Shown here piece by piece: positions 9,012 to 18,015 of a DNA stretch of 64,000 bases. A model generated the notes under the pieces. It had not been told where the DNA came from. It made no database searches and was given only the letters and a program-made list of their open reading frames with translations. How positions within the stretch are numbered: the stretch's first letter is position 1; every line of letters starts with the position of its first letter. A program made the position numbers and the translations under genes. Location: the sequence record MN871451.1; one strand, 5' to 3'.

Positions 9012-9415
9012 CAAATCGCACTATCCTGAAATTCAGTACCGACGAAGAGACTTTCGAAGTCATCGACAACGACGGCCGTCCGGTTGACCCACTCGACCTT
9101 TCTGAAACATTAGAAAGTGTCAACGAACAGTTAGGGTTTGAACTCTATAAAACGGATGTCAACGATAAGACCGCTGACGGCGAAGAACTCACGGTGGTTG
9201 CCGTTACTGAGAATGACTCAGGGGCGGTGACCGAAACGCTGATCGAAGAAGGGAACAACGTCTTTGCTGCTACACTGGCTGAGAAAGGCTGGTTCATGGA
9301 AGAAGCTGACAACAAGATCATCGATGAACTTGACGACAGCGAGGAAGAGGATTGGGACGACTACGACGATGACGATTACCAATCTGTACCGGAAGACTTC
9401 GAAGACGATGAATAA
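9008..9415 (+). CDS. Highly acidic protein
   Basis: 135 aa, about one third D/E; tail LDDSEEEDWDDYDDDDYQSVPEDFEDDE; ATGA overlap with the upstream gene. Confidence 0.8.
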   Translation: MTNRTILKFSTDEETFEVIDNDGRPVDPLDLSETLESVNEQLGFELYKTDVNDKTADGEELTVVAVTENDSGAVTETLIEEGNNVFAATLAEKGWFMEEADNKIIDELDDSEEEDWDDYDDDDYQSVPEDFEDDE

Positions 9416-9419
9416 TTCC

Positions 9420-9460
9420 CAGGAGAAGAGAGCGTCTGCTCTCTTCTCCTGTTGTCTCCT
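9420..9460 (+). terminator. Terminator-like hairpin
   Basis: 14-bp stem CAGGAGAAGAGAGC-gtct-GCTCTCTTCTCCTG. Confidence 0.65.
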
Positions 9461-9541
9461 TCTCGCGCTTTTCTTTTTTGTCCCAAAACCTTTCTATGAC
9501 TCGTACTTTAACCGCCCCGTATAATGAGGGATGAATTGAAA

Positions 9542-11584
9542 ATGGTTGATTTAAAACAGACCCCAAAACAGATTGCCGTTGACCTGATTAACGAAGCAAA
9601 CGGGACAATGTACACGACTTCGTCAATCTCGTTAGGTACACCCGCTGTTAACACTACCGTTGTTAACGGTTTGAATACGACGATTAACGTCACTAACGGC
9701 TCGTCCCTGCAATCGCTCGGTGTAACATTACAGTATAATCGCCTGAGCTTTAAAACGCTATTGGCCCGACCCTACTGTCAACTGGAAGACTATACCCTTT
9801 CTCGTATCGTTGATTTAATTCCGTACCTGAACGAGAAATACCAACTCGCCCTAACTACCACTGATCTCGTAGACGGCCCGTATCGCCCAGATGACATTGC
9901 CACTGGCGTCAGAAAGATCACAGTCAGCGTGGCAGATAATCACCTCGTGTACACCGGTAGCGTAACTATCTATCTCGGCAAACAAGAGGCGGTTTACCAA
10001 TATTTCAATGCGCTACAGTTTACCGTGGGAAGTGACTATAACACCCTCAGCTTTTTAGGCGGTCACTGGAAACTGGCTGGGAAAGACATCGTTGACGTCA
10101 GCCGTACTATTTCGCAACGTTCCGGGTTAACTGCGCTTTATCTTTCTCCTACTGGGAATATTATCCCGGCAATCGACTATCACCCAAACAGCAAGAACAC
10201 GTTGATAGGACGCTTCCGCAATGGTCGTCTACTGGAGACCTTAGGAGTCAACGGTGAAACGTCTTACGACGCCACGGGTAACTTGCTTCCTAAAGTGCCG
10301 ATGTTACCGTCTCAGCTTGCAGTGATCCCTGAAACGTTAGGGTTAACAGCGTCGTTGAATGCGGGGACATTGACCTACTCTCTGGGTTTCGACGTCACCA
10401 GTAAACGTGCCGGTACAGGTACAGTGGTCTTCGTTGATGTCAAAGACGGTTCCGACACCAATGACGGTTCGACCGCAGCGACTGCGTTCAAAACCTTCCG
10501 TCGTGCGATAAACCGACTGCCTGCTGCCAGAGTTATTCGCGTAAAAGGTTACGCGGATCTTTACTACGATGCCGACTCTGGCTGGACACAAACTATTCGC
10601 CAACGTACGGTCGATATTATTGGTTACGGTGACGTTAACCCTACCTTTACCTCCACCCGTCAAAGTACTGATTGGTCAGGGTACGATGCCAACACCTGGT
10701 ACAGTAAAATCAGTGACATTGCTGCCGTGGTAGACAAAACGGTATACAGCGATGCCGGGTACGGGAGAATGACTGCTAAGACCTCGATTGCTGACTGTGC
10801 GAACACTCCGCACTCGTATTACATCGACAACACCAATAATCGGGTCTACGTTCGATTAACCGATAGCCGCAAGCCAGACAGTAATGTTTACCTGATTGCA
10901 AAAACGCTCTCAGGGTCAGTCGCCGATGCGGGTAACGTGTTCATGGAGAAATGTAATTTTGATCTCTCCTACAATGGCTTTATCGCAGACATGACCACAC
11001 CGAGAACCTACGGGTATCTGTACATGAACGCCTGTCGGTTCGGGTGGACGTTCAAGGGCCCATCCTTCGGAAGCTACGGTTATAACGTTGCACACCAAGA
11101 CTGTGTTGCACAATTTGGTTTCAGTGGCGGATTCAGTTACAACAGTGACCGTGTATTACCTGCGATGAACAGTAAGTATTGGATCGTGGAGAATAGAGCA
11201 ACAGTCAGCTACTGCGGTTTTGATAGTAACCATACCTCTGCGGCCTCCGGTCTCTCTGCGTACGGGACAATCCTGCGTCTGAACTCCGTATACAGCCATT
11301 GTGACGGTTCTCACGTCAAAGACTCCGGTGAAGGAACGTTCTCGGTGAATATCGCTTGCCAGTCCAATAGCGTGACGAACACGTTGAGTAATCTGGCGCA
11401 CTTTACCACCGGTGCGAATGCGACGACCGCTGCATCGGCTCAGTACTGGAGTTGTAAAGGGGATAACTCGGCGTTCTCGTTCATTCCAAACGGAGTAGGG
11501 AAAATCGCCCTGTTCGATACCGACATTGGCACTAAACCGGCCACACAGCTTCTGACCCCGTATCAATTCATTTATACCGCTTAA
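9542..11584 (+). CDS. Virion structural / tail fibre protein (phiKZ-like N-terminal domain + beta-helix)
   Basis: N-terminal pattern DLINEANG...NT...YNRL...DLIPYLNEKYQLAL...D typical of phiKZ-related tail proteins. Internal FVDVKDGSDTNDGSTAATAFKTFRRAI lyase-like start and beta-helix rungs. Confidence 0.75.
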   Translation: MVDLKQTPKQIAVDLINEANGTMYTTSSISLGTPAVNTTVVNGLNTTINVTNGSSLQSLGVTLQYNRLSFKTLLARPYCQLEDYTLSRIVDLIPYLNEKYQLALTTTDLVDGPYRPDDIATGVRKITVSVADNHLVYTGSVTIYLGKQEAVYQYFNALQFTVGSDYNTLSFLGGHWKLAGKDIVDVSRTISQRSGLTALYLSPTGNIIPAIDYHPNSKNTLIGRFRNGRLLETLGVNGETSYDATGNLLPKVPMLPSQLAVIPETLGLTASLNAGTLTYSLGFDVTSKRAGTGTVVFVDVKDGSDTNDGSTAATAFKTFRRAINRLPAARVIRVKGYADLYYDADSGWTQTIRQRTVDIIGYGDVNPTFTSTRQSTDWSGYDANTWYSKISDIAAVVDKTVYSDAGYGRMTAKTSIADCANTPHSYYIDNTNNRVYVRLTDSRKPDSNVYLIAKTLSGSVADAGNVFMEKCNFDLSYNGFIADMTTPRTYGYLYMNACRFGWTFKGPSFGSYGYNVAHQDCVAQFGFSGGFSYNSDRVLPAMNSKYWIVENRATVSYCGFDSNHTSAASGLSAYGTILRLNSVYSHCDGSHVKDSGEGTFSVNIACQSNSVTNTLSNLAHFTTGANATTAASAQYWSCKGDNSAFSFIPNGVGKIALFDTDIGTKPATQLLTPYQFIYTA

Positions 11585-11600
11585 CTGGGGCGAATTTAAA

Positions 11601-13670
11601 ATGACAGATTTCTCGTTAAAAAGTAAAGCGCTTCTGGTTCGTCAGCTGAACACGCAGTACGGTGCCTTTTTTAAAGAAAGCGATTTGGATTTCATCAACC
11701 TCACTGCCCTGACGACCGGGAATTTTAACACGCGTATCACCGCGGTAGCGACCGATGCAGGTGACTACCGTGATTCAGCAGTCTTTGATTACAACCGGGT
11801 CAATCTCAATAGAGTCCTGACCGAGCCCGTGGTGTTCATGTCTACTGCCGGAATATTCACGGCCGAAGATATCGTTACCCGTTTGAATACGTTGTACGGC
11901 CTACAGCTGGACATGACCGATATCAAACAGGAAGTCTTCATTCCCACTGCGTTGACGACCACAATCGGTGTCTTTACACTGAAAACCGTTGCTACTTCAT
12001 TGATGTACATCGGGACACTCGAAGTTTATTTCGGTCAAGAAACCACGATTCGCGATTGGCTCCGCACCCCGTATCAACTTTATCAGTCAGACGGTAAAAC
12101 CTTTACGCTCTCTGGGAAGAGTCGAATTAACGGCGAAAACTTTGTGGTTGGGAAACAAGGGAGTTTCTTACCGACTGCCGCGAATACTGGGATTATTTTA
12201 GGGAATGACGGATCGTTGTCAATGACTCAAAGTTCGCTACAATCGGGTAATACAGTGGCGCGTTTCCGCGCTGGGCAATTACTGGAACTGACCGGTCCTT
12301 CTTACGAGACCAGTTACGACAGTGCAAATAACTGTTTGCCGGTAGTTCCTAAACTCCCTGCGGTTTTTGATCCACTCGCTGCGGTCTTCCCTTACGAGGG
12401 AGCGTTGGCCCAGGGACTGATGCGATTCTCAACCGACTTTGATCTGAGCGAATGGTACTTCCCCTACGGGATGGTCTACTACGTTGACTCTGATCTCGGT
12501 GCAGACGGGAATGATGGAAGTGAAGCTAACCCACTGAAAACTCTTAACGCTGCAATTGATAAATCGCCTATTGCCACCAGTATCGTCGTGAAGGGCTCTA
12601 AACCGTTCTTCGTTCAACGTACAGTGAATGACCGTAAGATCGGTATCTATGGCACCGGTGGCACCGTACCGACCTTTACGGGCGATCTGGGGATCACTAA
12701 CTGGTCACTTTACTCCGACTCTAACGTTGTCTATCAATATTTAGCAACGGGTCTAAGTATCGCCGGTGTCTTTGATTACGGTACGCTAGACAGTAACGGA
12801 TTACCTAAACGCTTAGTGGAAGTAGACGGCCCTGCTGCGGTAGTGGCCACAGTAGGAAGCTACTGCGTGACGTCCACTGCGATTATTGTTCAGACGTCGA
12901 ATAGCCGTAAACCTGACAGTAACGTTAAAGTCGTTGTGAAGAACACGGGGCTGAATTTCACTGGGAACAGCACAATTTACGTCTCCAATGTGAAAGTCTC
13001 TGACACCGACAATGGTTTAGGTGCTGAGTCTGTGGCGATCAATGCGAAACCGTCTTTATGGTTGAAGGGCGTGGAGGTTACCGGAACCTGTTCAACGGCG
13101 TGCCTTAACAACTACGGGGCTGAGGTCTTCTCTCAAGATTGCCATTTCAGTAACGGCGGGACTTACGGTACCTATCACGGCAGTGACCGTCAGACAATTC
13201 CGTTGGGGGTACAAGGCACGTTCCTCGAAGTCAGTTGCGTATCCGAGAATCACTTCGGTTCGGGTAATGGACAAAAACGTGGGTCGTTAGTAGGGCCGGG
13301 TGTAACAGGGATTCGATTCAAATCGACTTACCGAAATGTAGACGGTTACCCTATCGAAGAGTACGGACTGAATACCTTCGTGGCTCACCTCGAAACGATC
13401 GCCAGCGGCAACCAAAGCACAGACAGTATCAAAGGTGCATTATATGTCGTCGGGAAAGATACGGTAGGTTCTAACGTTTACGGTAGAGGGGCGTCTTACT
13501 TCTACAGCTGCAGTTACGACAACGGCGTGAAGTCCAGCTTCCAAACGTACGGAAGCGGCGAGATTCATCTCTACAATACGCCGATCGGTGCGGTAGCACA
13601 GTACAGCAAACCTAACCCTTACCGGTTCATTTACACCAGTCGTCAGATTACTGATTACGAAACCGCTTAA
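11601..13670 (+). CDS. Virion structural / tail fibre protein, paralog of 9542..11584
   Basis: Same architecture: YNRVNL...DIVTRLNTLYGLQL, RFRAGQLLEL.G...TSYD, YYVDSDLGADGNDGSEANPLKTLNAAI, and the C-terminal PYRFIY motif. Confidence 0.75.
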   Translation: MTDFSLKSKALLVRQLNTQYGAFFKESDLDFINLTALTTGNFNTRITAVATDAGDYRDSAVFDYNRVNLNRVLTEPVVFMSTAGIFTAEDIVTRLNTLYGLQLDMTDIKQEVFIPTALTTTIGVFTLKTVATSLMYIGTLEVYFGQETTIRDWLRTPYQLYQSDGKTFTLSGKSRINGENFVVGKQGSFLPTAANTGIILGNDGSLSMTQSSLQSGNTVARFRAGQLLELTGPSYETSYDSANNCLPVVPKLPAVFDPLAAVFPYEGALAQGLMRFSTDFDLSEWYFPYGMVYYVDSDLGADGNDGSEANPLKTLNAAIDKSPIATSIVVKGSKPFFVQRTVNDRKIGIYGTGGTVPTFTGDLGITNWSLYSDSNVVYQYLATGLSIAGVFDYGTLDSNGLPKRLVEVDGPAAVVATVGSYCVTSTAIIVQTSNSRKPDSNVKVVVKNTGLNFTGNSTIYVSNVKVSDTDNGLGAESVAINAKPSLWLKGVEVTGTCSTACLNNYGAEVFSQDCHFSNGGTYGTYHGSDRQTIPLGVQGTFLEVSCVSENHFGSGNGQKRGSLVGPGVTGIRFKSTYRNVDGYPIEEYGLNTFVAHLETIASGNQSTDSIKGALYVVGKDTVGSNVYGRGASYFYSCSYDNGVKSSFQTYGSGEIHLYNTPIGAVAQYSKPNPYRFIYTSRQITDYETA

Positions 13671-13677
13671 TAGTTTA

Positions 13678-13713
13678 GGGAGAGGGCTACGGCTCTCTCC
13701 CGGCTATATTTTT
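13678..13713 (+). terminator. Terminator-like hairpin
   Basis: GGGAGAGGGC-tacg-GCTCTCTCCC after the structural cluster. Confidence 0.6.
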
Positions 13714-13769
13714 CAACGGCACGCCGACTTAGTTTGAATAACCACCGTAACAACCTAAGAGAGTTAAAA

Positions 13770-14357
13770 ATGTCTGAGCCAAAAGAAATCCTGAATTATT
13801 TTAAGACCGAAACAGGGGCTATTGTACACCACTCCCAACTGGGATCTACCGTTGATACTGTTCAGCGTTTTCATATCGCGGACCCGGATCCGCGTCAGTT
13901 CATCCCGGCAGAAATTATCTACCATGAATCGCGCTACGAGACCGAATGGGGTAAACTGGACTACGCGACCCCGGGTTCTGCTGCGGTTGATCTGCGAGCG
14001 GCAATCGATGAGCCTCTTGTACTGAATCCGGGAGAATGCAAGATGATTTCCTCCGGTGTTGCTATTCACCTGAATAACCCGAACTTCATGTTGAATACCC
14101 ATCCGCGCTCCGGGTTAGGGTACAAGAACGGAATTGTTTTGGGTAACCTGACAGGCATTATCGACAGCGACTACCAAAATATCATCGGTATCCCCGCCTG
14201 GAACCGTTCTGACGTTCCGTTCACTATCAACCCCGGTGACCGTATCGCGCAACTGATCGTAGTACCGATCTGGCACCTGGACTTGAAAGAGGTGACCGCG
14301 TTCAGCGCATCGTCAGAACGCGGAACTAACGGCTTTGGTTCCTCAGGCGTTAAATAA
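13770..14357 (+). CDS. dut: Trimeric dUTPase with N-terminal extension
   Basis: All five motifs present: GSAAVDL, PRSGLG, GIIDSDY, GDRIAQL, RGTNGFGSSG. Probable start 13770. Confidence 0.95.
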   Translation: MSEPKEILNYFKTETGAIVHHSQLGSTVDTVQRFHIADPDPRQFIPAEIIYHESRYETEWGKLDYATPGSAAVDLRAAIDEPLVLNPGECKMISSGVAIHLNNPNFMLNTHPRSGLGYKNGIVLGNLTGIIDSDYQNIIGIPAWNRSDVPFTINPGDRIAQLIVVPIWHLDLKEVTAFSASSERGTNGFGSSGVK

Positions 14358-14378
14358 GTTCTAAAGAGGACATTCCTT

Positions 14379-14807
14379 TTGGAAAAAAATAAAAGAGGGC
14401 CTTCGGGCCCTCAATTTTATTACATCGAAAGAAAATTCTTTCGAGCGATTGAACACCCTGACGCAAAGGGGAGTTGGGTTGTCGTGAATATCAACGGCGC
14501 AGTCATTTCTTCTAATGAACTTCCGTTGTGTTACCCAGGGCCGAACGGAAACCTAGCCGATGCATTAGGTTGTCAGGAATTATTCGCTTATCGTTTTAAA
14601 GAAGGTGCAGAAAAAGAAGCAGGGCGTTTAAATGATCGTGTCATCGCAGGATTTGAAATAGACTTCTATAATACCCGATGGAACCGGTTTAAAGCCGTTT
14701 TCAATCAAAGTCCATTATTACAAATGGCGGCGGGAATGTTATTAGCAGGATTTCTTTTTTCTGTCGGTTTTCTCATTCATCAGGGGATAACGGTATGGTG
14801 GAAATAA
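14379..14807 (+). CDS. Membrane-anchored protein (C-terminal TM helix)
   Basis: TTG start after AAGAGGA; hydrophobic C-terminus; paralog of the next gene. Confidence 0.65.
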   Translation: MEKNKRGPSGPQFYYIERKFFRAIEHPDAKGSWVVVNINGAVISSNELPLCYPGPNGNLADALGCQELFAYRFKEGAEKEAGRLNDRVIAGFEIDFYNTRWNRFKAVFNQSPLLQMAAGMLLAGFLFSVGFLIHQGITVWWK

Positions 14808-15199
14808 TAGGCGGTGATATAAAGATAGAAGAGAGTAAGGAACCTAAGTTTTTTGTTCTCGAAGCAAAACGAAGTCCCGATATTAAACTCTTTCCGCGTA
14901 CTAGTTCTTCCATTGAACCGAAATGGGCAGTGATAAAAAACAGTGACGGTTATATTCTATCACGTAATCTCCTGCCATTAAGATATAAAATGGATGGTTC
15001 ACTTTACGATGAGAAGGGTATTTCTGACCGATATGAAAATTACTATTACGAAGTAGAGACGATCGTAAGGCGACTCAATGATGGTAAGCCACCCTTTTCA
15101 GCGGGAAAAACAAAAGGAAAATTTCTACACGATAAATGGGTATTAACCTTCATTATTACTGCGTTGGTGATATTGGGGCCCATCCTTTACTGGTGCTAG
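14795..15199 (+). CDS. Membrane-anchored protein (C-terminal TM helix)
   Basis: Shares W.V....G..IS.N.LPL.Y...G.L.D..G and RLND with the previous gene. Confidence 0.7.
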   Translation: MVEIIGGDIKIEESKEPKFFVLEAKRSPDIKLFPRTSSSIEPKWAVIKNSDGYILSRNLLPLRYKMDGSLYDEKGISDRYENYYYEVETIVRRLNDGKPPFSAGKTKGKFLHDKWVLTFIITALVILGPILYWC

Positions 15200-15209
15200 G
15201 GAGAAGAAA

Positions 15210-15437
15210 ATGAACCTTTATCCAACCACTGTTGTCGGGGAGTGGATTTTACTTTTTGTCGCGATAATCTTCGCTCTTATGGTAATGTTCTCTATCGTTG
15301 ATTTATTTCGACCATTAACCCTAAAGAAGAAAATGATCAATTTAGTATCCGTAGCAGTAACAGGTCTACTCTTGTGGCCGACATTTTTTCGTATCTACGA
15401 AGAAGTTTGGTTTTGGATAACTACACCGGGGTTCTAA
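15210..15437 (+). CDS. Small membrane protein (2 TM)
   Basis: GGAGAAG SD; two hydrophobic segments. Confidence 0.7.
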   Translation: MNLYPTTVVGEWILLFVAIIFALMVMFSIVDLFRPLTLKKKMINLVSVAVTGLLLWPTFFRIYEEVWFWITTPGF

Positions 15438-15438
15438 A

Positions 15439-15717
15439 ATGGCGATAGATAACAGCGATTTGAATAACTTGTTGAATCAAGTTCTGATTAAAGTCATATG
15501 GACAAATAAAAGAAAAATCGTTAAAGCCCGTAAATTGATGACCCCTGTGTTATTATTCCTCGATACAGCGGAAAGACGGTTCAGCTATACGATTAAACAA
15601 CTTCATTTAATCTATCGTATCAAAAATAATTATTGGGGCCCGATGAAAAAACATATTCTCCGAAAAACTTACGCGTACAGGAAGGTAGCACCTGATGACT
15701 TTGAACCCAAACAATGA
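15439..15717 (+). CDS. Hypothetical basic protein
   Basis: Fits the packed + strand run. Confidence 0.55.
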   Translation: MAIDNSDLNNLLNQVLIKVIWTNKRKIVKARKLMTPVLLFLDTAERRFSYTIKQLHLIYRIKNNYWGPMKKHILRKTYAYRKVAPDDFEPKQ

Positions 15718-16189
15718 CGGTATTGACCACATCAACATTTACTCTAAGTCCAAGAACCGTCTCGGGTTCTTTCTCTCTCACTTTCCAAAGACACCTTTCA
15801 TTCACCCTGAGTACGGAAACTTTGAAAGTATGGAAGGGTTTTGGTATTACGCAAAAACCGGTTTTAAACACCAATACCTCAGAGGCTTGTACGGTAACGA
15901 GGCGAAAGCATTTGGGAAGAAACTGGAAGTGGTTCATCATCCCGATTTCCTCTCGATTATCAAAGCTGCTAATCTGGCGAAATTGAATACTTACAAACAC
16001 CAATACCAAGCGCTGGTCAATTCAACCCTACCTTTTACCCATTACTACGTTTTCGGTAATTGGCGAATGGAGAAAGGGGCGCGTGTCTGGGAAGACGACG
16101 TTAAAGTTGTTACGCCTAAAAGCGGAGAATGGTTAGTGGAGTTTTGGGAAGAAACTCGACGGCTTTTAAAATCTATATCACCTGAGTGA
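15695..16189 (+). CDS. NADAR-like protein (T4 gp30.3 / YbiA-like)
   Basis: LSHFPKTPFIHPEYGNFESMEGFWYYAK matches the NADAR pattern SNF...PF......F.S.E.F.Q..K; followed by LYGNEAKAFGK; AGGAAGG SD. Confidence 0.6.
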   Translation: MTLNPNNDGIDHINIYSKSKNRLGFFLSHFPKTPFIHPEYGNFESMEGFWYYAKTGFKHQYLRGLYGNEAKAFGKKLEVVHHPDFLSIIKAANLAKLNTYKHQYQALVNSTLPFTHYYVFGNWRMEKGARVWEDDVKVVTPKSGEWLVEFWEETRRLLKSISPE

Positions 16190-16190
16190 A
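16173..16190 (+). promoter_or_regulatory. Phage early promoter (CTATATCAC-N5-TGAA)
   Basis: Motif copy embedded in the last codons of the NADAR-like gene, upstream of the sspB-like gene. Confidence 0.7.
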
Positions 16191-16219
16191 GGTAATTAAA
16201 TAACAATCGGGAGTAACAC

Positions 16220-16648
16220 ATGTCTTCTTTAAATAAAGCGTTGTTTGATGCAGGTTATAGCTGGCTTATCGATAATGGCAGCCGTATTTACATCACTGTC
16301 TTTGGTACCGAAATCACCGTGAATCCCATTCTTCGTCAATATGTCAAACCGGTCCCTAACATGCAGGGCTATCACGTATTGACACTGAATGTTTCTCCGC
16401 ATTCCTGTCAGCTTTCTTCACTTGACGAAGGGTTGTTCTTCGAAGGGCGTTTCGGGGGTAAACTCGCCTCAGACACTTTCCCGTGGGGGTCCGTCATTCA
16501 GATGTTTAACCCTGATAACCCGGAACAGATGATTCAACTCCCGCAAAAACTCATCACTGCTGACGGGCGTTCTGACGAACCCACTGAACCGGTAAAAGAA
16601 ACTAAGAAACCAAATCCATTTTCGGTTATCTCCGGAGGGAAGGAATAA
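16220..16648 (+). CDS. sspB: SspB-like ClpXP adaptor homologue
   Basis: ALFDAGYSWLIDNG, LTLNVSPHS, LFFEGRFGG and FPWGSVIQMF parallel E. coli SspB (LRAFYEWLLDN, IVLNIAPRA, VRFNARFGG, VPLAAVLAIY). The C-terminal KKPNPFSVISGG resembles the XB ClpX-binding tail. Confidence 0.8.
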   Translation: MSSLNKALFDAGYSWLIDNGSRIYITVFGTEITVNPILRQYVKPVPNMQGYHVLTLNVSPHSCQLSSLDEGLFFEGRFGGKLASDTFPWGSVIQMFNPDNPEQMIQLPQKLITADGRSDEPTEPVKETKKPNPFSVISGGKE

Positions 16649-16938
16649 TGTCGGCAAAGAAAGTCAAGCAGTCTCCAACTGTCGCCTATGACCGCAATCC
16701 AAATTATCCTTACATCGGCGACATCGTAAGTGAAGCTGATTTACATCTGCTCGCGCGCGATGAAGATCTGTTCTCCGCCAGCATCGGGTTGATTGAGAAA
16801 CATCCCGATGAATTCACTGCGGTGGTCGGAACACCGACAGGAACCATTATCGCCAATGCGTGTGGGTCAATCGAACTTCCGATCCGCACCCTCAAACTGG
16901 GTCAGAAACTTTCCTTGAGGAAGAATCTTAATGGCTAA
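16648..16938 (+). CDS. Hypothetical protein
   Basis: TAATG overlap; packed run. Confidence 0.65.
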   Translation: MSAKKVKQSPTVAYDRNPNYPYIGDIVSEADLHLLARDEDLFSASIGLIEKHPDEFTAVVGTPTGTIIANACGSIELPIRTLKLGQKLSLRKNLNG

Positions 16939-17557
16939 AATGATTCATGAAGGTGACTACAGTCGAGTAGATATCCGCGATTACGACATTCGCGATGATA
17001 AGGTTATTCTGTTAAAGAGCGGGCAGTACGAGTTTGATATCGACTCTGCCCGCAAATTGGCCATGGATATCCTCGCGTCGTGTCAATTAGCCGAATCTCA
17101 TTTCCGTAAAGAGGAAGGCTACGCTGATGACGAAGTACTCACTGAAGAACAAAGAGCGACCCTCCCGGCTATTTGCGTACACGAGCCGTCACCAGGTATC
17201 TTTGTTCAGGTTCGTATCGTTTCAGCGGCGAATATCTGGGGGACAGTGAAACCGAATGAAAGACTCGGAGAAGCGCTGGGGCTAAAAGAGGAAGAACCCT
17301 TGGTCATTCCTTCTTCGCGCCATGGTTCGCTTCTTCAGCATATCCTCGGTGATGAGATCAAACGCCTCCGGGCAAAGGCAGGTGAAGAACCTGTTAGTTT
17401 CCCGCACGGTAGCGGACAAGGGTTTATCGATCAATGGGATCGTTATTGGAATCGAGAAGACGCGTTTGTCATTGCGAAACACGCCGGACAAATTAACGCC
17501 ACACGTCCCAACGTTATCATTATTAACAACGAACTTTATTCCGAAAACTTATATTGA
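16931..17557 (+). CDS. Hypothetical protein with a conserved phage C-terminal domain
   Basis: IVSAA...RH...QGFIDQWDRYWNREDAFVIAKHAGQI...LYSENLY is a recurrent phage domain of unknown function. Confidence 0.75.
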   Translation: MAKMIHEGDYSRVDIRDYDIRDDKVILLKSGQYEFDIDSARKLAMDILASCQLAESHFRKEEGYADDEVLTEEQRATLPAICVHEPSPGIFVQVRIVSAANIWGTVKPNERLGEALGLKEEEPLVIPSSRHGSLLQHILGDEIKRLRAKAGEEPVSFPHGSGQGFIDQWDRYWNREDAFVIAKHAGQINATRPNVIIINNELYSENLY

Positions 17558-17560
17558 CCG

Positions 17561-17600
17561 ACTGAGAGAGGGCGTTACCCCTCTCTCAGTTATTATTTCT
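17561..17600 (+). terminator. Intrinsic terminator
   Basis: 12-bp stem ACTGAGAGAGGG/CCCTCTCTCAGT followed by TATTATTTCT. Confidence 0.7.
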
Positions 17601-17619
17601 TAAATACCGGAGGTGTACT

Positions 17620-17745
17620 ATGCCAGTAGAATGGAAAATCGTTATCTTCGTAATCTTCTGTTACGGTGGTGCTTGGTACATCTCCGGTGCGATACTTAAG
17701 ATACTGTTTGCTATTGGTAAGAAGCTCTATGATTCACTAGAATAA
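17620..17745 (+). CDS. Small membrane protein, 41 aa (not in the ORF track)
   Basis: Strong SD GGAGGT; MPVEWKIVIFVIFCYGGAWYISGAILKILFAIGKKLYDSLE; stop abuts the SD of the next gene. Confidence 0.7.
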   Translation: MPVEWKIVIFVIFCYGGAWYISGAILKILFAIGKKLYDSLE

Positions 17746-17754
17746 GGAGACGCT

Positions 17755-18015
17755 ATGGCCTTGAAAAAATGTTTGAAAATACAGAGAGGGAAACTGAAAA
17801 GAAGTTCCGTCACCGCCAACCATATTTTCCTCATTAAAGTATCCAAACCCTATTTTGATGATTTAGACAGTAATCTCACAATTTCAGCGCCACGCCGGAT
17901 GGGGAAAACGTTACTTGCGACCAGGCTGAAAAAATGTGCTGAGATGGGTCATCTATTGAAAAACCGCGTTCACTATCGACACGGGTTAAAAATGTTCTCA
18001 ACCGAGGGGCTCTAA
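17755..18015 (+). CDS. Hypothetical protein with a Walker A-like motif
   Basis: AAGGAGA SD; ISAPRRMGKT. Confidence 0.6.
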   Translation: MALKKCLKIQRGKLKRSSVTANHIFLIKVSKPYFDDLDSNLTISAPRRMGKTLLATRLKKCAEMGHLLKNRVHYRHGLKMFSTEGL

